Shown here: piece after piece, positions 51,251-63,553 of the stretch
How the letters are laid out: the number at the start of each line of letters is the position of its first letter
How positions within the stretch are numbered: position 1 is the first letter of the stretch
Origin: Klebsormidium nitens
Taxonomy: Eukaryota; Plantae; Klebsormidiophyceae
DNA: 64,000 bases
Assembly: GCA_000708835.1 (NCBI GenBank)
Contig: DF237068.1
Span: forward strand, 48,923 to 112,922
Reading direction: 5' to 3'
The notes under the pieces: generated by a model
Told to the model about the DNA's origin: nothing
The model's input: only the letters and a program-made list of their open reading frames with translations
Database searches by the model: none
Position numbers and translations under genes: made by a program

Positions 51251-53594
51251 TCGACAGGGAAAGACTCGTCCAAAAAACCTCAAGAGCAATTGTTGCAAAT
51301 GATCGCAGCCCTGTTTTGTTTCATGATCGTCCGCCAGTAGCCAGATTCGATGCACTTAGGCAATGGCACGGGAATCTCAGTCGGTCTGTTGTAGGCATTA
51401 AGAACGAGGAGGGCTGCCAGGGAGCTGAAGCTAGACCCCTTTGAATAAGAATTCTAAAAGGTTTTTGGGGCTTCAAACTGACTTTGCGCCATCGGGGCGC
51501 CAACTGTACAGGTAAGCTTGCAGACCTGTCATGCGCATATGCATGACAATTTCTTGGTCAGATGGGTGGTACTCTAGAGCTTTGTGCCCGCAATAACGAG
51601 TCAGTAACACACAAGCAGCGCCGACTGTGTAGGTTTCAGGGGCAAGAAAGCAAGGCAACAGTCAAACCCATGGTGCCAGATTCGGCCATTCGAGGTTTCA
51701 CTATTTCAACCACGAGCTCCCCTCAGTCCTAGACTATGTTCTAGGGACAAATTGCACCACCCGACTGCACTCACTCTCCTCAATCAGCCGCAATCAGGGC
51801 TGACACTGAGCTATACTGGGTTTCGCCTATGGATGCTGGAGAATCGAGTTGCGACTCTGCAGATTTCAAGCAACGGCCCAGAAACCTCACCAAGATGATC
51901 TCGCCGGTCGAGGCAGGGGGGACAGTTTCACCATCGGCTGCTCAAGCTTTGGAGAAGCATGTATCTGGCCCTTTGTCGATTTTGTGAATGTCCCGTTCTG
52001 CCTGGTGTCCCCTCTATGTGTTGCGAGCCCGGCCACTCCCTTCCGACCTAGGGTTGAGGATTGAAATTCTGTTAACAAAAGAAAACAGAAGATTTTGAGT
52101 CGTCTTCTTGGGACATGCGAAGTTGCAATGCATGTTCCGCTTTTATTTGTGCTACGTTAACACTCTTCTGTCCAACACTTTAAAATCTGGAACCCTCCAA
52201 CATGATCAAAGATGCAGTGCGAGTTGGGATATGAACTTGACAACATAAGGGGAGCATGCCAGCACAAACGAACGCAGAAACACAAACTCGATGTAACACT
52301 TCCTTAAATACATCGAGACACTGCTAGCCTCCGCATACTGTGGGTTCTCTTGGAGAGTTCACCTCAGATGCTGTGAAAAAGTATCTCGATAGAGGTCTCT
52401 TCCTTATGCAAACGGCCATCAGGAGTTTGGTCAATTGGACACGTCCTTTTGGGGTTGAATTTTCGTTGCCCATAATGAGATCTCTTCACCTCTTCGACTG
52501 AACCTACAACAGATTGCGATTTGAGCCCGAACTATGCACAGTCTCACCTTCGCCACACTGTTCCCAAATGCCATTGTTGGTTCTTCATTTGTTGAACCAC
52601 CAGCTTTCCGCTTACGGCCAACCTCTCTGTTTCCAATTTTCTTGGCCCTCAGCATTTGCCGCCTACAAAGCAGTACTCAGGTTATCATCTTGCGTTAAGG
52701 ATTGAGCGGAGGCCCAGCTCACCAACCACCAAACATGCAGCTCTTGAAAGTCTTAGAGTCACCTTCAAAGCGGAAAGAAGGCACGAAGCAGGGGAGGACC
52801 TTTGGTGTCTAAAGCACGAAGGTTGAATTGACTCAGTGACAGTCATCTTTAGTATGCCATAATTTAATGGACGAGAGGCGTCTTGCATGCACGAAATCAT
52901 AGTTGTTGTGGACCAGCTCTAGAAGCTGCCAAATGCTCAAATAAAGCAGCGACGCCTCCCTTAGAAGCATTGAAACGGCCAAAAGTATTTCTACACTCAA
53001 AACTCTGCACATGAGACCCGAAGAAGTATGCACTGAGGCAGAGAGCACACTGCAGTCTAAGGTGGCAGGAGTGCAGGTCTCAGTATATTTTGAAAGTGGA
53101 ATGTGTCCAAATGCATTCTAGCAAGAGAAAGTCTGAGTCACCTGGATGTTGTATGATTGTCTATTCAGCTCCTGCTCCAGCTCAATGCCTCTGGACTGTC
53201 TGGAGCTGCAGAACTGGCCTCCAATGACTCAAGTATGACTGCACTTCGCAAACCAATCACAGCAGCTCCCTCCGTCTCGCTGGCCTTATGACCAGAAGAG
53301 CAAATGCGTAAGTTGCCATTTTATATTTGGTTGCAACGCATCAGCATTTGCGGAAAACAGCGACCAATCGAGATCACATGGCCAACATATTGAGAGAGTT
53401 TACAGCCAGGCTGGCAATGCTGAAAGTGCTGCGCCACCAATTGTGCAGCAGGACAGTCACTTCAGCGCCCCCAATCTGATTTCATGTGCAACACTTTCTA
53501 AGAACTCCTTGCATTCTCTGCAGCGGACCAGCGTGAATGAAACGTGCTTCGAAGGAGAGCCAAGGTAGCAGCTGCCATATTCACCCGACGGCTG

Positions 53595-54128
53595 CGTTAG
53601 AGAAAGTCGACTTCTTCTAACGTGGGGGACAGCGTACGCCGGGGAAAATGTTTTGACAGCTTGCTGGACATTTCCGCCCTCGGGAGGCACTTCCGAGCAA
53701 CTTCGACGACAGGGTGTATTTCAGCCGTATTCACCCAGTGCCGCGTCACAATCCGGAATCCGCGAACCAAATCTCCGGTTTCCTGTTTCAAGTTTCTAGA
53801 ACGACCGGGGGACTAATTGCCGGGGTCATTTGACTGATCTTCATTAGGTAAGCCGAGCTCCCAGGAAGCGTTCCGGTTGCACGTCCTTCAGCCGGTATCG
53901 GCCTTCAGCCGTATTCTCCCGGCATGCGGAAAATGCAATCTAGAATCCGAATGCCCCTTCTCTCGGCAACGTTCTCCCGGGCAGGAATTTACCAAGACGA
54001 CCAGATGTAAGGGTGCCCGGTAGTATCTTACCCGTTAGAAAATCAGAGCAACGCGGAGCTGTCGATTGTGGACTATCGACGGCATACATCGAGCGGGATC
54101 GTTCTTCGACTTCAGCCGTATTCTCCCG
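53595..54128. repeat. Short dispersed repeats upstream of the ABCI gene
   Basis: TTCAGCCGTATTC at 53720, 53904 and 54111 (the last two share 19 bp). Near-perfect 28-nt palindrome CGTTAGAGAAAGTCGACTTCTTCTAACG at 53595-53622. Confidence 0.55.
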
Positions 54129-54697
54129 ACGTTTCATTGCGACACGGGAGCTTCCTCGGACAACATTCACCGGGAAGACCGAAAATGGGGCGTTTGCGAG
54201 CAATAGGATCCGGTAGTAAGCCCGGGAGGACTGCCTCCCGACCTGATTTTGAACGGTACTGGCCGTCGATGACGTTCTAAAGACGTTCTATGAACGGTCA
54301 AGATGCTCCAACGAAGCTGGTGACGTGGGCAATGCGAACCAGGTTGGCTTCATTTGCGAACACGTGGACCCATATGACCCTCCAATGCTGAGCGCAGGGA
54401 GTTCAAGTTCTGCCCAGATTGCAACAATGGCGGTCTTCCTTCAACTTCTTCAAGTTCATTCTCAAGATGCAACTGTGGAGATACCTGTAGTAGGCAGCAG
54501 CATTCAAACCATCACTATCAGCAGAATCTCGTTTTCTAGAACACCATTTGCGTTGCATTAGAGACGGCATCTGGGGCGTATTTGAACAGACGTTCGAAAA
54601 GCGGCAACGAAGTGCTTAGATCCGCACTGCAGATCTCTACCGGTTCTTGATAGATTAGCTCACGGTCTTGAGTCTTTGAAAAGTCGCAGATTCAAAG

Positions 54698-54911
54698 ATG
54701 GTGTCGACAATAGAGCCGAGCTCCCAAAATGGGCACGGTCCAGAGTCACAAAACCGGGCCGAGGTGCCAGCAGTAGAGATCAACAACCTGCATTTCACAT
54801 ACCCGGGTCTAGATGGACAGCCCCCTCCCGGAATGCCCCCTCTGATCCAGGATTTCAGCATGACGCTCCAAGCCGGCAGCCGGTGTCTGCTGATCGGAGC
54901 GAACGGGGCTG
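54698..54911 (+). CDS. ABCI20: ABCI20-like exon 1
   Basis: MVSTIEP...[13 protein letters not shown]...[11 protein letters not shown]; donor G|GTAAGT at 54912. Confidence 0.93.
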
Positions 54912-57900
54912 GTAAGTGGGATCACTGAATGCTCAGCAATCTCCAAGATGTTGATCAAGATGAGAGGAAACCTACAGACAAATGGCAAGAAGTCTTATGC
55001 ATTATACACTGGTGTAGCTCTGAAGTGAGGTCCATGAAAACACGACACACTGAGAGCTCTTGATGGCGAAGTCTGTCTAACTGCTGATAGTGGACCGTTA
55101 ATGCATATTCAAATGCTTCATCGCTCGCGCTCGAGATCACTTACTACTACTTACTACCACATACTACTTGCACCGCTGTAAAAAGTAGTGATAACGTATC
55201 AAGGTGACTTTCTAGCCATTGGCATTGCGTGTGGTGTGTCAGTGCTTTGATAAGCTATCGATCGGAGTCCTTTTGGGGACTGTCTGGCATGATACTGGAT
55301 CTAAGAATATTGGGCCTCTTGCAAGGTTAGAATGAGTCCTAGTGTGGGACCATCCAAAGTGATCTTACGCCCGTCTTGCACCACCTTTCCATCAAGCCCC
55401 TTCAGGCTTGAACGAGGCCTGTGGTCAGCAGCGATTGCCTGTCCGAGTCTGTTCGTATTGGTTGTTCCCTACCTGTTGTTGTGGAGCACTACAGAGAAGC
55501 CCAAAAGTGGAACACAGTATCACGAAATCTGGTGCTCTAGAGCATGTTTTCTTCACTCGGCATCCTGCACTGTCCGCCTGAGAGGATCGCCAAGCTTCTT
55601 CTTCCTCCGGCCCTTACTTGTCCTGCCAGACGCTCTACGTACATCATCAGGAATGATTCTTCTGCTGTTTCCAATGATGTTCTCTGCCCTGGCTTACAGG
55701 CAAGACGACGCTTCTCAAAATCCTCGGCGGAAAGCACATGGTAGACCCTTCGATGGTGCGGGTGTTGGGACGCTCAGCATTCCATGACACAACTCTGGAG
55801 TCAAGCGGGGAGCTTTCTTACTTGGGAGGAGAGGTAAGCGCAACGCTTACGTTATCTGGTGTTGGCTTCCAGCCGGATGCTCTTCACTTGTGTCGACCTT
55901 TTGGAGTTGTCAGTGTCACAGGGATCACAGTTTGTCGGCTTATGCCGACCCCTGCATCTACAGAACGATTGAAGAGGAAGCATCCTCAGGGGTCTTTGAA
56001 GGCGTTTCAAGGCGATTGCGGTACTAAAGCAGCTAAGGGGGTGTGGAGCTCTAATGGCTAAGTGACAGCTCCCCCCCTCGGGATGCGGTCTGTGGTAGCT
56101 GCCGCCAAGATATCTACTCTATCAATGACCATCACAATAGCTTGCACACAGGGAATGTTGTTTAGAAGGAAAACGATTACTTTGATCCTGCACTCGTCGT
56201 TCTTTCCGCTGGCCCTGCTTCACTGCCTTTTAATGGATAATCCTTTCAAATTGATTATCAGGTGCAGACAACATGTGTGCAGCTTCAGTTGATTTGTCTT
56301 GCCGATTGACGGATATTCTTTCGCGCATTTCCTTTTAGTGGAGGAGGGACGTCGCTTTCGCGGGCTTTGATGTGCCAATTCAAATGGACGTCAGTGCACG
56401 GAAGATGATTTTTGGGGTACAGGCAGACCCTGCAAGGCGGGATCGATTGATCAAGGTGAGTTGTCTGAAATCCTGTAGTTTGCAAGTTTTTTGTGATGTC
56501 CCAATATCGCCAAAAGAAGTGGCCGACATGTAGGGGGTTGAGGTAGGCGCTGCAAGGGTCCCTGCTTATTGAGCTGCCAGCAGACAAAAGCCTGAGGAGA
56601 CAGGGGAAGCTGCAACCGATAGGTTTTTTCAAGTTGTTGATGGAGTGTTAGAACGACAATCTGTGTGCGCGAGTTTGATCATCTTAGAAGAAGCAATGGT
56701 TCCTCTCGTTTGACAGAAGACCGAGAAGGATTCAGGAGCAGAGTTGTAGCATGTCCTCAAAGAAAACATGGACACACCAGGCATAACACCGCACAAGATA
56801 AATATCCTTCAGACACCGCGGATTGCTTCATCATTGTGGAAAAAGCTGCAACTAGCTGACTATGAATCATAGTTGGCAGTTGACCATGAACCCTTGGATT
56901 TACCCCAACCATCATACCGCCTCTCATGATTTGAACCCCCATAATAGGAGCTCCTTCAAGTCGTCGAAGGGACTCGACACAAGTTACCTTGTGATTCACC
57001 ATATTGCCCGGCTTCTGGTCACATGACGTAATAACGTTCTTTTCCAGGTTCTGGACATCGACCTGGATTGGAGGTTACACACAGTGTCGGACGGGCAGCG
57101 GCGGAGGGTCCAGATCTGCATGGGTCTGCTCAAGCCGTTCAAGGTCAGTGTCATGATTCGGGCCAGACTTGGACCCCTTACAACAAAGAAAACGTGTAAT
57201 TGTCGACGGGATGTTTCGATACAACTCCAAAAGGCTGGGACTACAGAATATTGTCGAAACTCGTGAGATTCGCACCTACCAAATTGCGGATTGGCGCTGC
57301 AACATGTTGACCTTGCATTTGACAGGTTCAAGGGGAGAGTCCTCCGTTTCTAGTCTCTCTTTGTTCCGAGCGCGAGAACCGCAGACGGTCTGCCAATCAG
57401 GCATGAAGTGGTGCAAGATCCATTTTTTCGAGACTCGGATTGGGCCACTTGTCACCTGAGGTTTGGCAATATTGGACTGGAACTTTTCCTCTGGAGGGGA
57501 GACAACTGAGCTTCCGGCGACGCTTATGTCACTTGTGTCTTTTACACAAGGAGATCGGATTGCATTTTTTTTTTGGAGGCCCAGACATTTTGCGAGGAGT
57601 CAAAGGTAAACGACGGAGATGCGCTCAAAAACAATGATTTTGGCAATTTTGTTTAGGGCGAGTGTGTAACCAACCTTTTCTGTACTTGCAGAGGTCGCGT
57701 CTGATTCGTCGTTTGTAACGAGCTTGTCATTAACTTCGATCAAGCCCTTGTGTCATGGTCCAGATAATAAAAATCAAAAAAATCACCCCGACTGGGTGGG
57801 TTGCCGAGGATATAAGCCTCTGCACCGGACATACTTTTGGTGGTCCCCATCCGGAGTGCTACTGTTGGATGACGTCACAAAAGTGTCAGACGTGTCAGCG

Positions 57901-59991
57901 TGGACTTCTCAGATCCTGGTTGCAGGACAAAACCACCGTGGAACAGCACAGTGTCACCGTTCATCGTTTGCCAGGAGGTTCTTTGGAAAGAACGACGTCA
58001 ACAGACCGTCACTGTGCTCCAACAATGCTGATTGAGAACTACCAATTGATCTTTCCTAGGTGTTGCTACTGGACGAGATCACGGTGGATTTGGACGTCCT
58101 GGCGAGGGCGGACCTGCTGACGTTCCTGGTGTCCGAATGCGCGGAGCGGGGGGCGACCATCATTTACGCCACGCACATATTCGACGGCCTCGACAAGTGG
58201 GCCACGCACATCGTGAGTTGAATCTTGATCTCTCTTGTCGGAGCTGTTCAGATTTTCCATCTGGAAAAAGGCGTCGTGCGCAATGTGGTTGATCCGAGTA
58301 GCGGGCGTGCGGAAGAGGGAATAGTGCTAATGCGACTTGCTCGGGTTAAAGCGACGGGGTTCCAAGCTTTATCTGTCGCTATAAATGCCGGTGGACGTAA
58401 GCGAAAGGAGCATTGAAACACGGCCACAAGAGTCGGCGTGCAGCCATCGTAAATTCGGCCTACTCCTTCACAATCGATTGTGATGTCATTGGAAAGTTCG
58501 GAAGGACCACGCACTTGATTGTGGATTTACATTGGTTGGCAACGAGCATGATGAAACAATCCGATTCGACTGTACACCAGCGGCCACCCGACTCTGCATC
58601 GCGTGTGGGCTGTCTTATGAGCTTCCCAAGCGATCCCAGTTGCTATCAACATGATTGGCTTGTTCTTCATTTGTTTCTCTCGCACTCTGGTGGGCCAAGC
58701 TGATGTTTTTTTTTCCCGTAGACAGAGCTGGTGAATTGCTGACTTTGCCTTCTGTTTGATACTCCGCCTTTCTGCTCCATTTGGAACAGAGAGCTTCGGT
58801 GATTCGTCATCCGTTGCGAATCACGAGCATTACGAGCATGGATTTTGAGTCCAGAAGTCAAGACTTTCGCTCGCATCATATCCCGGGTTTGGACGACACT
58901 GACCGCTTTTTTCCTTCGGTCTCGTTGCCACAGTCGTACGTCGCCCAGGGGACCCTCCAGCTGTTTGAACCGGCGGAAGCCATCCCCGAGCTGAAAGAGA
59001 TGTCGCTTATGGTGAGACTGCCCACCTTCCGTTTCCGTTCCATCTTTTCTCGTATGTTTTGCACCGGAAAAGCGTTCCGGTCCTAAGGGACGGCTGTTCG
59101 AGCTGGTGGAGGCGATCCCCGAGCTCAAAGAGATGTCGCTGCTCGTAGTGAGACATCTGCACCGTCCACCTTTTCCGTCCGCTTTCCGGGAAGATCTGCA
59201 CCAAAAATGTGTTTCATTTGTGGTTCGGAATAGCAAAGAGCAACGTCGTGCCTAGAGAGGGAATTGGGTGCTCGAACCGAGCGAATCAGGCGAGCTCAAC
59301 TGCGCTCGCTTTAAGGCTCTGGATGCATCCTGTGCGGTGTGTCTCAAACTTAATGTTTTTTTGACTTGCGCCACAGTGAACGCGTTCTGCCATTCCGTTA
59401 GTCGAAAAGTGCGCACAGCGAGATTTGTCTAAACAGACTGCTGACCCATTCCGGTGTCACACCGGCCCACCATATTTTGTTACACGTTGTCATCTGCGTG
59501 GCCGCATCTCCAACCATTCGGACGCCCTTAGCCAGTTCGGACGCCCCTTGGATGTTTCGGGACGCCGTGCACCCGTCCGAAATATTGTCAATTCGTTTAG
59601 ACACTATTGAAGCCATTTGGACGCCTTCAGTCTCGTTCGGACGCGTGTAAAGGAAAACGCTTTCTGGACGCGCGTAAAGCCGGTTCGATGCCCCCAACCC
59701 AATCGGACGTCCTTAAGTGTTTGGAAGCCCGTTCGGACGGCCTTAACGCGCTCGGACGCCTTCAGAACTCGTGTGGCGCACATTAACCCGTTTCGGACGC
59801 CCTTTCTCCTGCAGCGGACGGTCGAGAAGTGGTTGCGCGCGGACCAGGCGCTTGTGAAGGCCGCCCGGAAGCGTCAAAAGGAGGAGGCCGACAAGCGGCC
59901 GGCCGCGATGCTTATGAACAACGGCTGGGCGGGGGGGCGGCTCACGAGCACTGTGGCGCTGCCCCATAGCAGCAACCGGGTGCTGCGATAG
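54698..59991 (+). CDS. ABCI20: ABC transporter I family member 20-like (soluble NBD-only ABC ATPase; ABCI19/20/21, yeast Caf16-like), 7 exons, 322 aa
   Basis: Exons 54698-54911, 55700-55833, 56339-56455, 57048-57143, 58060-58212, 58934-59011 and 59815-59991 total 969 nt, with all junctions GT-AG and the frame intact. Walker A GANGAG|KTT, signature [11 protein letters not shown], Walker B LLLDE, H-loop YATHIFDG, C-terminal [16 protein letters not shown] typical of plant ABCI20. Confidence 0.96.
55700..55833 (+). CDS. ABCI20: ABCI20-like exon 2
   Basis: TTACAG|GC AAG ACG ACG; [30 protein letters not shown]...YLGGE; donor GTAAGC. Confidence 0.93.
56339..56455 (+). CDS. ABCI20: ABCI20-like exon 3
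   Basis: [39 protein letters not shown]; flanked by TTTTAG and GTGAG. Confidence 0.93.
57048..57143 (+). CDS. ABCI20: ABCI20-like exon 4
   Basis: [32 protein letters not shown] (ABC signature). Confidence 0.94.
58060..58212 (+). CDS. ABCI20: ABCI20-like exon 5
   Basis: [23 protein letters not shown]...[20 protein letters not shown] (Walker B, H-loop). Confidence 0.95.
58934..59011 (+). CDS. ABCI20: ABCI20-like exon 6
   Basis: CACAG|[26 protein letters not shown]|GTGAGA, phase 0/0. Confidence 0.9.
59088..59147 (+). other. Partial duplicate of exon 6; candidate 60-nt in-frame cassette exon
   Basis: TAAG|GGA CGG CTG TTC GAG CTG GTG GAG GCG ATC CCC GAG CTC AAA GAG ATG TCG CTG CTC GTA|GTGAGA = [20 protein letters not shown], vs exon 6 [18 protein letters not shown]. 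The start of the following intron is also duplicated. Confidence 0.6.
59515..59805. repeat. Cluster of ~10 (T)TCGGACGC-type motifs in intron 6
   Basis: TTCGGACGCC, TTTGGACGCC, TCTGGACGCG, ATCGGACGTC and CTCGGACGCC variants at ~20-40 bp spacing up to the acceptor. Confidence 0.7.
59815..59991 (+). CDS. ABCI20: ABCI20-like exon 7 (terminal)
   Basis: CTGCAG|[10 protein letters not shown]...[25 protein letters not shown]. Confidence 0.94.
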   Translation, partial: RTVEKWLRADQALVKAARKRQKEEADKRPAAMLMNNGWAGGRLTSTVALPHSSNRVLR

Positions 59992-62900
59992 CTTAAAGGT
60001 TGGCAGCACGGTATTGAAGGTGACAAGGTGATTTGTTGGTGGATAGTGAAGGGTGACACCGCCGCAAATTGATAGCTCGAGTCGAAGACAAGAAAGGGAA
60101 AGGGGCTGCTAAGCAGGAATTTTACTTGAAAAGAAGGCCCGTTCATGGGAATTGTCAGGGGGAAGTTTTAGGGTAAAGACTGAACCGGCGAACGATAAAA
60201 ATCCAGTAAGTCGAAAATCCAGTAGGTCGCTCACGCCGTACAATCCTTGTACAGCGTCAAGGCCGGACACAGTCGCTGGTTCGGCGGGGGTAGCATCCGA
60301 CGGCTGCTGAGGTTTGCAAAAGTTGTTCTTTAAGCCTTGGTCCCTCGCAGTCGGATCGGATTCAACTCACAAAAGTGTAGCCATATCGAAAGGTACCTAA
60401 CTCATTAATCAGGTAATAGCATGACGCCTCGAAAAAAAGTTTCTCCAGAACCACTTTTTCAATCGAGTTGAGACCAGGCTTCATAACATTGTCCCGGGCT
60501 CGACTCAGAATCCTACTTGCAATGGAGGAGCACGTGAATATGATTCAAGATTTGAGCAGGCTCATGATTCAGTGCATGACGGTCTCAGACGCCAGGCTGG
60601 TCTGACCATGCATGGCATCATCCTTCATTCATGTTAACTTCAAACCTGCGAACCCGGCCTTGATCAGATCCGATCTGGTGATGCCGGTAGGCGATAGGCG
60701 CCTGGATGCTGAGCGCTGGCCCGCGCCCGAAGCAATAAACAATCATGTACTAATATTGCCATGAGCGTTCGATTGAATGATCTGATCATTGTCAGTCACT
60801 GAGATTGCATAAGTTCGCTGACTCGTGATGAAGCATATGCCAAGGCACTCACTAAATGATCATGAGTCCAATTGCAAGGCGCTAGTTGGCCCGCTGGGGG
60901 GCAGCTCACATTAGTACTAAATCCACTCGGGCACTGAGGCCGCGCCGTGCGGCACCGTTTGATCGCGGCGGGCCTCCTTACTACGGTAGCTCGGACGCAC
61001 AAACTAGGATTTATGGGAATCTAACATGTGCCATACTACGGTCCGCTCATCAGTGCAGCCCGTAATACCAGCCGCCGCGCTTGACGCCGCACTGATCTTT
61101 TCGAAGTTTCATTCAAAGCATAATACGCGACGAGCTGCCGCGTTCCATTAAAGCGGTCACGGGTTCCCGAGCTTGATTCAGATCAGTATGCCGGGAGCAT
61201 AGGGGTTTCTCTGCATAAAATGCCGGGCTCGTGCACTGACATTCGAAACAAGAGGGCCCGTATACACTTCTGATTTGCCAGTTGAGAATCGTGAAACAGC
61301 GCTAGATTGCAATAGATCCGGCAAAATGCGAAATCATCATTGACTGGCTTTCTGTCGATATCAAAGTATTGTTGATGCGCCTATTGCAAATATACCGCAT
61401 CCCTCGCAGTCACTAGGCTAGGTCAGACAGAGTGATCCTGGACGTATTCTCCGTAGTAGGTACGCCGGTTCTGATCGACGCCTGCGCAAAAGCAAATATG
61501 CAAGGTGATCTTCGATAATCGTTCAGCGGGCTGATTACTGAATGCGGAATCCTGCAGTAGTCATAAGATAGTCACTTGATGCTCCACATATGCAGAATGA
61601 GAGTCGCTCACATACGCAATTCCTGCATGAGTCTGTGCTGCAAAAGAAACACCGTATTCCACTCTGACGCAATCTGAGTGCCTCAGTAAACTTGAACAAT
61701 TAGCAGTGGGCCAGTCTTCCAAGCCGCGCGCCGTTGCACTGGTCTCGAGCAAAAAGGGGGGGGACCCAAAAGCGAAGGTCGGTGGTCGGTTTCGACAAGC
61801 GTCGAACCGACGTGGTTTTGCTCCGCACGGGAGATCCCATGCAAATGCCCCGAAGGGCGGTCAGCCAGAAGGCCAACGGCGAGTTTTGTATTGCTACACC
61901 GATAGACTAGTTTGCTACTCACATAATTATTCAATCCTTCGATCTCTGGTGACGTCACCGACCGGGCTGACAACTTACCGGACTTTTCGTTCCTTCCGTT
62001 TTTGATGCTGCCAACGCGCATTCGGTATGTCTAGGGAGAATACGGTACTCCAAAACTTTCAGAACAGTCCCAGCAGGAAAAGATCAGCACAGAAAAAGGA
62101 ACAGTCCGCAACATTCAAGACTCAGCGACGTGTCGAATTTTTGCGCGCCAGGGTTTGTTTAGAGCGCCTAGCCCCTATGAAATCCGTGTGAGGGAGGGCC
62201 GCTGTGTCAATCTGTCTAAGGGACTTTTAATCAAGATACCCAAGAGTGACGCATCGATCTGGCGGGCAGCCATAAGGGGAGAATTTTCTGCACAAGAGAC
62301 GACGCTTGATAAAGGTATGGCGTCAGTTTTTGTTCATGGTTTGAATTACCGCGAGTTGTGATCTTTCATGAGCAAGAGAGGTTTGTCAATATGCTGCGAG
62401 AAGACTCTGTCTAAAAGGAGCTGACTGTATTTGATCAAGCTTTCTTCGAGCCATGGCTTTGTCGGACGTTTTCTTGTTCGGACTTTTTTGTTCAAAGAGC
62501 TGTTGCAGAACTAACACTGTCGCCTTCTTTTGCTGGAAGAAGCCGTGCGAGAGAAGACGTTGAATAGAATAGCTCATGAACACAATCATCGCGCGGTGGC
62601 GTCCCCTTACTGCTGAACCATTCATTCAGGTTGGACGTGAAAAACGTGAAGGTAGCGGAGTCTAGAGAATCGCCGAACATCAAATTCTTGTTGGTATGTT
62701 CAGCAATCAAAGCAGGGAGTAACCCAGTTTTGGGTCAGATCCTTCAACTCCGTAAGAACACACGATTGGGTCATGAAGTTTGTTTGAGCTTTTTCAGTCC
62801 GCGGATATCAGGCTCTCTCGGCCTTGATTGACTGGAACTTTCTTAGATACAACGGAGCATGCGTTTCGAAGCGTGACGTTTTGTTGATCAGTGCTGATTC

Positions 62901-63365
62901 GAAGGACGCTTGAAAGCTGACGCTGAATAGATCCGGATACATTGATTGTTGCCCCAGCTGCTATCCAGTGCTGCCGTCACGCCTTTTGGGGGTTTACGTC
63001 ACGAAGTGGAAACTCGCATAATCTGCTCTAAGAATGATCAGTTGTATTCCGTGTGGTAGACGTTGTGGGCGCGTATATCACTCGCCCTTTAATTCCTTCC
63101 TTTTTATTCAACGTCTAAGAACCCAAAGGGAGCGGATGCCCGTCTCGTTAGAGGCCTCCCTTTGTATTTAGTGGCGACGCAATTGAGTCTCATTCGAGGT
63201 GAATCCGTGCTTCGCAATTTTTTGGCTTTCACACCCGAGCGATTTCCTCGTGTGCATAATCAAGCGCGCCGTGGATCTTCTCATCATCTTCGCCGGTCCC
63301 CCTCCAAAGCTGGTGTCTTGCTGTGCAGGGTCTTTGAGCCATTCTTGCAGCGCCACGCGGCAGCA

Positions 63366-63553
63366 ATGGGCCTCTTCGCTTCAATCTTCCACTGCCGCTG
63401 CTTCGAGTCGGCCTCCTCGAAGCGCGCGGCCGCGCCCGCTGCGACCGCCCTGCCAGCTGGCAGAGATGCGCGCGAGCAGAGGCGCGCAGAGCTGGCCGCG
63501 ACCGGAGCCGCCAACGCGATGGCCGAGAGTGACCTTCCGGAGGGCGCTGAAAA
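63366..63553 (+). CDS. Probable first exon of a downstream gene (product unknown)
   Basis: GC-rich ORF MGLFASIFHCRCFESASSKRAAAPAATALPAGRDAREQRRAELAATGAANAMAESDLPEGAE, ending at a canonical donor AA|GTGAGT (63554). The true start could be upstream or at the internal Met. Confidence 0.6.

Noticed and set aside
62150-62830. Short ORFs on both strands (including IVFMSYS, TIR-like) as a gene
   Set aside because: Fragmented by stops in all frames, with no splice-consistent model and no recognisable family.
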